Shown piece after piece: positions 11,252-21,732 of a stretch of DNA of 64,000 nucleotides. Positions within the stretch are counted from its first letter, which is position 1. Each line of letters opens with the position of its first letter. A program made the translations under genes and the position numbers. The stretch comes from Zygnema circumcarinatum SAG 698-1b (lineage: Eukaryota; Plantae; Zygnematophyceae): contig CM074804.1 in NCBI GenBank assembly GCA_037447605.1, forward strand, positions 3,077,909 through 3,141,908. The letters run 5' to 3'. The notes under the pieces are model-generated. The model had not been told where the DNA came from and searched no databases. It saw nothing but the letters and a program-made list of their open reading frames with translations.

Positions 11252-14200
11252 GGTGAGGGAAGGAGTGGACGAGGGAGGAGTGAAGAAGATCATGGGAGGG
11301 AGAGGGGAGGTAGATAGAGGTAGGCAGACGGAAGGGGGTGTCAGAGAAAGGATGTGTTTGGGTAGAAGAAACGTATGGCATGGTGTCAAATGGAAGCAGA
11401 TAAGCTGCTTCTGCTTGCTATGAGAAAAAAAAATGTATAAAAACTTCATGTGGACAAGTGTTGCGTTCTCACCAGCTGGTGGAGGAGGTGACGGCGGAGG
11501 AGGTGAGGGGGGAGGGGGTGAAGGAGGAGGCGGCGAAGGGGGAGGAGGGGGGGAAGGAGGAGGAGGTGAAGGGGGAGGGAGGAGGCGAAGGGGGAGGAGG
11601 GGGTGAAGGAGGAGGTGGTGAAGGGGGAGGGGGAGGAGGCGAAGGGGGAGGAGGGGGTGAAGGAGGAGGTGGTGAAGGGGGAGGGGGAGGAGGCGAAGGG
11701 GGAGGAGGGGGTGAAGGAGGAGGAGGTGAAGGGGGAGGGGGGGAAGGAGGGGGAGGAGGGGGTGAAGGAGGAGGAGGTGAAGGGGGAGGGGGGGAAGGAG
11801 GAGGAGGCGAAGGGGGAGGAGGAGGTGAAGGAGGAGGAGGAGAAGGAGGAGGAGGTGACGGAGAAGGAGGGGGTGAAGCGGTGGGAGGAGGCGAAAGCGG
11901 AGGACGTGTCGAAGGGAGAGGAGAAGGAGAAGTTGACACCACATTCACCAGCAGAGGGCTGGCAACTGCAAATGCGCCATCAGACGATGTCCACGTCCAC
12001 TTGCCGAAGGCATAGTCTCCTGCAACGCACCATACACAAAAATGAAACCTTAAAGTCTTGCAAGAACCAAGTCTATTCTGCAAGTCCATGCAACTCCATG
12101 TTAAGCGAACTAATCTCTGAACTTCACCTCAACTTCCACGTCCTTCCCCCTTCATGCTACATTATCTGAAAGTTTGTCGGATAAAACAGACGATGCTTAG
12201 GAGCTTACGAGTTTCAGAGTTCATAGTTATGCTGATTCCCACTACGGTGATGGTAAACTCAAGCACAGATGTTGACTCGTTGAAAGTCAATTCGGTGGGA
12301 GAGATCGTGACTAGAGTTCCCTCGGGTTGCTCTACTTCAACTTCATATGTAATCGTGTGAGGGCCAACATTCCGAACTCTGCGTGTGGTAGTGAAGCCGC
12401 TCCCTGTGACTCCTGACATCATCAACGAAGGCGTGTTGTAGTGGAATGCGCTGCGGTCTTCAGGGCATGAGGAGTTAACCAGAGATGTTACATAGCTCGA
12501 GTTGTAGAACTGACAGAGATAGACGATGACGTCTTGCAGGCCTGTATCGTAGATGAGACCAGGAGAAACGGCAACATTAGGGTTCACAAATCCGCTCCCA
12601 AAGTCATGGGGGTTTGCCTCGACTGCATCGGAAGAGACCGGGGCGTAGTCGAAACTGTAATCGCTTGTAGCCGCCAAGATCGGGTTTTTGAAATTATTTA
12701 ACTGCGAAGCTGCATACATACATGGAAAGATCCACTGTTTCAGTCTGACGCAAGAAAGCGGACAGCTACAAAATCAGTTTTTCCGCAGAAGTTGGACAAA
12801 AGGGTTCGCATGAAACCGTAGGGATCTTATCTCCCCTTTCCAACATATCAACGAACCAAATGATGAGAGCAAAAGCAACCCTAATTTCAGCCTAAACGTA
12901 TTCCCGCCGCTCACCTGTAGTAGAGATAGCGGAGTACAGAGCCCCCGCAGACCAGGAGGGGTTCAGAGCTTTTAGCAGAAGGGCGACTCCTGCGACGTGT
13001 GGGGTCGCTTGGGAGGTGCCGGAAATGATGTTGAACTGCGCTGTGCGCGGATCCTCCTCGTAGCTCAGCAGAAACTCGTTGATGAGCTTTACTCCATCTG
13101 CTACCGGTGCTTGCGTCCATGGACCCAATATGCTAACTCCAGGACCTGCAATGTCCGGCTGGATGAAAGAAACAAAGAAAGAAAGAAAGAAAGAAAAAAT
13201 ATCCTCTTGTTACCCTTTTTTAAGGTTCCTGGTTTGGTCAATACGGAAAGCATTCCGATCTGGGGAAAGGCATGAAAGTCTTAACGCTGCGATGGGTGTG
13301 TTTATGGGACCATTCTGGTGGAAATGAACGCGTATTGTCGCATAAGAGTGGAACGAAACATTCCTGAAGTTAAAGTTGGATTCAAGCTTTAAAATCTCAA
13401 CCAGTTTGTGCACATGTAAACCGAGTTCTTCCAGATGCAAACCAATAGAGCAAATGCCTGCGTGTTGCGAGCCGCGGTGTGATAATTCAGCACTCCCTAA
13501 AGTGCAGGGAAATCCCAGCAGCTCTTGTTCAGAAAGCGAGCAGATGAAGCAACTCCACGCAACATCCACCACTAAAAAGTCATGACTCGTACACGCACAA
13601 GGAGCCCTCTCTCTTGTCCGCAGGTCCTCGTCACCACACCGGCCGATTTTTTCAGCCGCGCATTCAGGTCCCAGTTCTTGTTTTGGAAACCATTTGAAGC
13701 TTGGATGTGCTCACCTTCATTATGTCGGTAACGTTGTTGGAGCCTCTCGAGGAAAAAGATGCAATAACAGGTGCCTCTATCGACTCTGCAGGTGCGAAAA
13801 TGACGTTGGAAATGGCTGCAGTTGCATTTGTCCTGAATGGCAGAAAAAGGCAGACCCCGCCACGTTTTAGATTCCTGTTTACGGCACTTGGAATCAATTC
13901 ATTCCAAGCGCCGCAGGGCAACACATACCTTGTTCCTAAAACACGCTCAACATGTTTCCTTTCAGAGCGAGTGAGCCATACTCTTAAGAGATTTTTTTTT
14001 CTGCTTTCAATGCAAAAAGATTCCAAAAACAATAGTGATTCCCATGGGAAGTATGGGCGCATACGGGTTGTCAGTAGCGTAGTTGAGAATGGCCTGTCCG
14101 ACTTCCGCTGTCACGTCTGCCGCCGGAATCACGTGGAAGTCAATTGAAGGGTTTCCGTATGTCTCGTAAATGATGACGCCCACTCCTCCAGCTTGCTGCA

Positions 14201-17179
14201 CTGCATAGCCCTTTATCACATTCGGTGGGCCACCACCCATACACAAGACAATTTTTCCATTCACTTTGGCGGGATCGAGAGCATTTTGTCGACATTCCCT
14301 GTATTCAGAAAAGCACAGCTGCTGTGAGTTCTACATCCGGTTAAACCTGCTGCCATTTCCTCACTTGGAAGGATAAAGAAAAAGGGGGAGGGGGAGGCGA
14401 GGGGACAAAGTCGCACACAATTCATGAAAGTGTAGAATGAGACCAATTGCAGCCCACAGAGCTCAAGAAAGTTGGGTGCAGGCCCGCACCTTCTGGAAAT
14501 GGCGGAGGCTCGGGGAAGCCCGACGTCCCCCGCGTAAACGAGAGGAAGCTGCGGCGTCGAGCCTGACACGACAGTTCCATTGGTGGCAGCAAAACCCTGC
14601 CATGAAAGGCAAGAAGAGAAAGCGTCCTTCAGAAATGTTCGTTTATGAAGCTTCATGAGAAAAGAATACTGCTGAGCTGAGCAGGAGGGAGGGAGGGCGT
14701 GTAGGAGAGTCACGTGACCCATGAGTCTACGGCCCATGCCATATTTCATTCCCCGTTTTTTCAAATGACATATGACCAAGATTGCTTGCGCATGAGCCAC
14801 ATGAATCATACTAAAAACGAAGGCATATGGGAAGTTCCTTCAGATTTTTTTGAATGCCCAAGACAGAGTGTCCTCACCACATATTGTTCCCCATCTCCCG
14901 TGTACACGTAGTTGTAGACAGTCTTGGTCTGATCCCCGTCATACGTGACGTCCATCGTGGAGATGGCGCTCCTCGGCACGCTGCCCGCCGCCACGGCCAT
15001 GTACCAGGGCGCCACGTTCGAGACCGAGCCCAGGGCGGGCCCGCCGTTGCCCGCCGCCACGAAGACGGGCACGCCCGCGAGCAGCGCGTACATGCTGCCG
15101 AGGTCGAGGCCCGAACTGTGCGGGTCCGCGGGGGCAGCGTCCCCCGCGAGGGAACACGTCAGCACGTCCACGCCGTCGCCGATCGCGGCCTCGAACCCGC
15201 TCAGGATGTCGGAGTCGTAGCAGTACGGCCCGCCGTTGTACGCCGTGCCGAAGCACACCTGAAGATAAATGCGCGCATGCATTCTTGCTGTACAAGAGTC
15301 AGGAAGTCGTAAACTTCACGTTTGCTGCTTGAATGAGGAAAGGAAAGGAAAGAAGGCGGTGCAAATGTGTCTCCAACGACTTCATGTTTTCTTTAAATGT
15401 CAGAAGAGGGCATGGGCGAGGGAGGCGGGGGCTCGCTCGCCTTGTACGCGGAGATGTGCGCTTTGGGCGCGACGCCATGGGCGGTGCCGAAGTCCACGCT
15501 CCCGATGGCGGCGCCGGGGACCGGCGCCCCCGCGACGGTCCCCGCCACGTGCGAGCCGTGGCCGTGCGAGTCCCGCGGGGACCGGTACTCCCCGAGGTCG
15601 TTCCCCGCGAGGCCGCCCATCGCCGCCTCGTACCCCGCCGAGAAGTACTGCGCGCCGATCACCTTCCTGGACCGCGCTCACGCACACAGGCCGTGTGAGA
15701 GGGGGTGGGCATTTCAACTCCAAAAGCACACACGATATAACTAACGCCTGTAGCGACTCCAGCACATCTTTACGATAACGTACTCAAACAAAACTCGCGG
15801 CAGCGAGGCCCAATTTAACGAGGAGAATTTTAAGTACAAAAATTCCTTCCATCCATCCATTCATCCATCCAGGCAGGCCCACACGGCAGATGGTCCCGTG
15901 CCGCCACCTGTTGCAGTCGGCGAGCGTCCAGTTGTCGCCCTCCTGGCACACGCCCTTGAACCGCGCGGGAGGGTCCGGAAGGCCGGCGTCGTCAAAGCTC
16001 GGACTCTCCGGCCAAATGCCTGCGCCCTCCCAAGGCAGCATGGGGCACTGTGAACACGCATGGAATGCTCTCATGGCAACACATGCATGTGCGACATGCC
16101 AACACGTGCAGCTCTACCTTTCATGCCTGGGTGCCCCCAAACATAGATGGTGATGCTGCGTACCTGTGTCCACCACGCCGACTATCATGCCCTCCCCCTG
16201 AGTGAGGGCCCACAGTCCGGGGGGGCTGTCCGTGGCGGGGCGATCAAGGCCGAGAAAGGAGGGGGTAAAGGTGGTGGCGGGCCGTATCCTCCTGTCACGG
16301 CGCACTGACAAGACGCCGTCCATGGCTGCATTCACCGACAAACGTAGCAAGTTTGTCACACTTTTTCCTTTCAGGAAAGCGTTTGTCTCCTGGATTTATG
16401 CTATACCAACCCCAGCTCCCAATCTCGATGCGTTCTTTAGTTGAACTAGATTAAATCAAGTCAATCAATCTTGCTTGTACTTAAATATTAAACTCACTCT
16501 TAATTCAAAATTAATACTGGATCAAATTCATAACTTCAATTCTTAAACCAGGCGCCGTTTCTAGTATCAACTGGCAAGTACAGGGACCCTACATCTGAGT
16601 TTTGCGGCCTGTTGCGGAGTGAGAGAGGCGGAGAAGCCGTTGAAGGCGTTCACATAGCTGTACAGCTTCTTCTTGGTGCTGCACAAAAGGAAACTTTCCT
16701 TTTCAACACCTCACAGAGAGGCCCAGCGGGAGAGGGCACTCCCACTTCCCATTTGAAAGAGAGTGGGTGAAGGCCATAGAGTGGTGAGAGTGGAAGAGAA
16801 AGAGAGAGAGAGGGAGAGAGAGAGAGAGGTAACGGAGAGAGACCTGCCCGTGGCTCTGGCGAGGTAGCGGTCTTGGCGGCCCACGGCCTCGACCCGGAAG
16901 GCGGCCTCGGCCTCGCTCGAGGGCCGCCGCCGCCGCAGGGCCGCGCTGCGCTGCCGCCCCGCGAGAGGGAGGGTCGGCCCCGACAGCTGCACTATGTACA
17001 CCTGCCACCCCGACATTAACTCTTTCCCTCAGCTTATGTCTCCTGCTCCTGCCTCCCTCCCTCTCTCCCTCCCTCCGGCCTCTCTCCCTCTCTGCTACAC
17101 CCGGGCGGCCTACCTCTGCCGCAGCAGCTGCGAGAAGCGTCAAGGTGACGGCCAGGCCCAACGCGCACCTCCCCGCCAT
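10405..17179 (-). CDS. Secreted S8 subtilase (signal peptide, I9, S8, PA, Fn3-like) plus Ser-Pro stalk plus two PAN/Apple-like domains; 15 exons; apparent 1-nt frameshift near 11580
   Basis: Exons 17179-17114, 17001-16844, 16678-16593, 16325-16164 (VVDTG), 16019-15908, 15666-15441 (HGHGSH), 15258-14878 (AAGN), 14596-14490, 14298-14065, 13832-13715, 13158-12915 (GTSQATPHVAG), 12709-12209, 12019-11473, 11162-10911, 10643-10405. Splice phases are compatible throughout. Confidence 0.88.
11473..11900 (-). repeat. Extensin-like SP(3-6) coding repeat
   Basis: Translates as (SPPPP)n in the exon frame. Confidence 0.9.
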
Positions 17180-17417
17180 AGCCTGTGTTGAGGTGATCTT
17201 GCAGACTCCACCTCCCCCCCTTCTTCTCTCTCTCCACACTCTCTCTCTCGCTCTCCCTCCCACCCTCCCTCCCACCCACCCACCCCCCGCCCGCCTCGCT
17301 CCCACGAGCAGCCCCCTCCGCCTGCCGCCAATTCGTACGGGCAGCAGAGCGGCGTCACTCGCGTCACGTGCCCGAGTGCCGACAAATCGGGTCGGGGTAC
17401 TCCACCAGTCGCCGCGC

Positions 17418-18390
17418 GCCACGTGGCAGCGTCATGCGGCGGGAGCAAGCATCGTCAAAATAGGGAATTCCCTAAGAAGCCCGAATCTACTTATTTTCGG
17501 GACCATTTTGGTTTTTTTTTTCATATTCAAGGGGCGGCTTTATCATAGGGAATCCCTGAGAACTAGTTTGACTATTATAGGGAAAATTTCAAAAATCCCC
17601 TACAGTAATTTGACGATGCCTGGGGGAGGCGCCTGCTGGAGCGTCCGTACGTACTTTGGCCTCCGTCCGTACGCAACCGGCAGGCGGCAGTAATGAAGCT
17701 GACGTATGTCCACGTCATCTGAGCCCAGCGGGCGGCGGGGCCGTTGACAGGGCCCCTGCGGTCAACGGCGGCTTTGGCGTCTTCAGCGCGCCAGAGGCCC
17801 AGAGTACCGATCCGTTTGGACATTTTTGGCTGGTTGCAAACCGACGGCGGCAGTTTGCGCCTGGGCGGACACCTCGAGGCGGGGGTCAAGATTTTTCAAC
17901 GGCCGCCGCAACGTCCTTCCCCAGTATTCCGCACCTGCGAGCCGCCGCGACGAAAGGGCACCGGGGCGCCGCTTTCGCGCAGCTGACGCCAATGGAGGAG
18001 CGCCACGTAGCAGCCACGTGGTGCCTAAAGATACCACGCCCAAGAAACGAAGCGCGTACGACGTTAAATGGAAAGCGCGACGTGCCACGTGGCGGCGCGC
18101 AGCTGGCAAGCGGACCTGGTTGGCCAGTTGGCCCCGTTTCCAGGCGGGGGCGGGGCGGGTGGGCGGGTCGGAAACGCGGGAGAGAGGAGACGAGAGGAGA
18201 GGAGAGGAGAGGGCCCCCATGCAGCCCCCCGCCACGCGTCCCCATGCTTCAACCGTTCACACGTGTGAATTGACGCCAGCAAGCAGAGTCGGCCCGCGGC
18301 GCCCAACGGAGCAGACGCGGAGCGAACGAGTCGGCCCGCCCGCCCTCGGCAGGAGCACGGCCCGCACCGCGGCAGCGGCCGACACGTGGC
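17418..18390. promoter_or_regulatory. G-box/ABRE cluster upstream of subtilase
   Basis: GCCACGTGGC at 17418 and 18084, GCCACGTGGT at 18013, GACACGTGGC at 18381. Confidence 0.4.
17449..17619. mobile_element. Small inverted-repeat element (MITE-like)
   Basis: Ends GCATCGTCAAA / TTTGACGATGC with internal ATAGGGAA repeats. No clear TSD. Confidence 0.4.
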
Positions 18391-20190
18391 GCGGCTGACA
18401 CGCAGGTTTTGGCCCCGGGAGGGGGGGGGGGAAACGGCGACGAGGCGGATGGAGCCTGAACTTGGAACGGGACATGGCGGGCGGGCGGGCGGGCGGGCGG
18501 GTGGGCGGGCGGGCGGGCGGTTGGGAGAGGGCAGGTCCGCTCGGCCCCTCCGAACCCGTGGGAGAATCCACCGACCAGTAGGGGGGACCTACAGATAAGA
18601 ATTGGGCGGGCTTAGCCCCCCCCTCCGATTTTGAAAATTCAACTTTATAAGTATTTAATGCTGAGAGTGGGCTTACGCCGCCTGAGATAAATCCTGGATC
18701 CGCCCCTGCCTGCCTGCCTGCCACCGGCGGTAGTGGCCTGCGCTCGCTCGCGTTGCGCGCTCTGTGTCGCCGCCAGGCGCTGTCGCACTCGACACCGCGC
18801 ATCTCCGCGTCCGTGCTCCACTCAAATACGTGCGGTACTCGCGCTCGCCCGCCCGCCCGCCGAAGGGGACGCGGACGAGCGGCGCGCCGAGGGACAAAAG
18901 GGACAAGGTCCCTTTGCGACCAGTTCCTCGTGGTTCCCCATGCTGCTTTTGTCCATGTACATTTGATGGCCTCGCCATTGTAAGTTCAATGCCACTTTCT
19001 TTCTTCACAAAAGGCACGTAAAAGACAAAAATATATATACGACAACATAAGAATGCCTTATTTCCAACAAAGGCTCACCCATCGCTTCGGGGGTGGAAAA
19101 ACCGACACCGGAAAAAACGACAAAACGGTGATGAGACAAGGCCAGCCTGAACTGACCAACCTGATGATATTACTTAAGCTGCGATCATTCTCACTAACCT
19201 CTATTCCTGCCATGCTTTGCTGATTGCTTCAACACAGTTCTTATATGCACACACGAAGAAATATTACTGAAAACAAATCAAGCAAGAAACACCGAAATTG
19301 AGAATTCAAGGAGAAAGCTCCGCCAGCTCCAAAACTCCTTAATAAAGTTACACGGAAGTAACAAGCAGTGTTTGAGCCCTCAGGCTACTACTACGTGCTC
19401 TGACTTACTTCCGACACCCCCTTGCTGCCCATACAGCTAGGCACCTGCGCTTAGCACCACAAGCTATGCTGCAGATGTATCAAGATTTTTTTTAACTACC
19501 CCTAAGTAAATCCTACTTAAATACTACGCGCTGCACAACTCCACGTTCTACAGCGTGCCGCTGCGCGCCACCGCGCTGCACCGCACTCCACCGCGCCGCG
19601 CTCCTCCATGATGCCAGCGACGCTCCACGCTCCACGCTCCACGCTCGCCCCATCCGGCGCTGGAACTCACTTAGGGCACGCCATGGCCAGGGGAGGAGTG
19701 TCCGTACAGCTTACCCCTTCCCTTGAAGCGTCAACCTTCTAGAAGCTTCCGTATCCACGCGNNNNNNNNNNCCCCCCCCCCCCCCCCCCCCGGGGGCGCC
19801 CGGCCGCCCGCCCGGCCGCCCGCCCCAGCGCGCGCCCACGGGCAGCCACGCGTCGCGGCCGCGACCGACTGACCGGCGCCTGCCGCCCGCCCAGGGCGTG
19901 CGGGGCGATCCCCTCGCCACCCGCCCGGCTCCAGATTGGCGCACTTTGTACGGCGGCCCACGCGTGTGAGGACGGGCTATGTCGCCACGTGACAGCCCGC
20001 TGGCGCCCTCCCAGCATGCGCGCCACGCGCCGTTCATGGGACCGCTCTGCCACGTGGCGAGTCCCGCGGATCGAACTTGCGCTCGATCTGATCGTCCGTC
20101 CGTCCGTCCGTCCGTCCAGGTTGGGCCGGCGGCCTTGCCGAAACCGCCTCGAGCCTCGAGCTGGTTCGTCCCGTGCCGTCGTGCATGGCA

Positions 20191-20260
<70 letters not shown>

Positions 20261-21732
20261 CGCGCCAAAAGGTGAGCTTCCTGTGGGTGCGATCTGGGGA
20301 GAGAGGCGCGGGGGGGAGAGAGCGAGGGACGGACCACCTGCGCGTACCGCGGGCAGGCAGGCGAGCCTCTTCACGAGGAGGTGAAGGAGAGTCGGAGAAG
20401 GAAGAGAGAGGCGAAAGGTCGAATGATAGACTCGCAGTCACAAAAGAGGTCAAAGGAAAACGGTTAAACGCTTCCATGGGGTAGGGCTTGGAGAAGGTTC
20501 GATGATGCATACGTTCGGGGGAACGGAAAGAAGTAAAGCTTGGCGACAGGTGGAATGTGCGCGTGCTGAAATGGTGATTCTGGATAGGAGAGAGCCCGAA
20601 TTGGCAATAGACAGTGTAATGCAAAACCTTAACCGATCATTGACGAATACAATGAACATTGGTCTAACAGAACCGAAACAATGCATTCACCTACACAACA
20701 ACCGCCCACCACGGCTGGTAATCGCCGGAACTCGCATTCCAATAGCTGGACGCTCGCTGAACCAAACAGTCCAACCAGCTCGATGCGACTCTTCATTGAG
20801 GCAAGGCAGCGCACGCAATGGAACTTTCATCCTTCGACAACTTCCGTAACAAAGGTCCAACTATGCAGCCTCAAATCCTCAAAATGCGTCCAACGGCCTT
20901 TACAAACACATGGCTGACGAGGCCGCTAGTTCCGCAGCTCCGTTGCCACATGGAGACACCGCGAGCATGTGCATGTTGTCGGACGCATTCTCAAAGCCAT
21001 CCAAGCATCGTATAGGCGCGCAACGACGGCTGTCCTCACCTTGCGCGCGGCATGGCCTTGCCTTGTCCAACATCTGCGACGAGTGACAGCTGGCACTGCA
21101 ACGCCTGACGAAAGGGCGTGCCAACCTTGGACATTGCCCTTCGAGAATTATTGAAAGACAGTACTCTGCGATTTGGCCTCGATCCTCAAGACTCGCTGGA
21201 AAGCATGTACTAGTTTCGAACATCACTTATGGCGCAACGCGCAACGCATCACTCATCACTTATCACGAACTGTTATGGCGCGCCGAACAGAAGACTCGAC
21301 GCGCCGTACCATGGGATTGTACGGTACGGGCGGCGCACCGACTCCGAAGGTCTCAACGACGGAAGTTCAGCGGAAACGGACGGGCATGGCATGGGTCCCT
21401 CTTGCGCGATGCCTTGCCATGCCATGTCATGGCATGGCCAAAGCCAGCAAACACATCCGTGGACGCATGGCGATGTGCGGGCACATGACATGACATGGGC
21501 CCATGCCCATGCGGCCATGCGGCCATGCGGCCATGCGGCCATGCCGCTCTTTGGAACTTACCGTACTGTACCGTACATTGTGGCTTTCCTGGAACTTTCT
21601 CGCCCCCCCCCCCCCCCCCCCCCCCCCCCNNNNNNNNNNCCCCCCCCCCCCCCCCACCCCCCCACAACACCAAAAACCACCCCTAAAAAGTTGCACGCAT
21701 GAGCGTTGTCGCTGCGCGTCCGTCCGAGGCAG

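Noticed and set aside
11458-12169. Gly/Glu-rich plus-strand ORFs
   Set aside because: Antisense shadow of the Ser-Pro exon.
18575-18708. hAT-MITE-like end CAGGGGCGGATCCAGGATTT (minus strand)
   Set aside because: Only one terminus is recognisable and there is no TSD.
20400-21230. Short ORFs in the gap-bounded island
   Set aside because: No recognisable domain or consistent exon chain.
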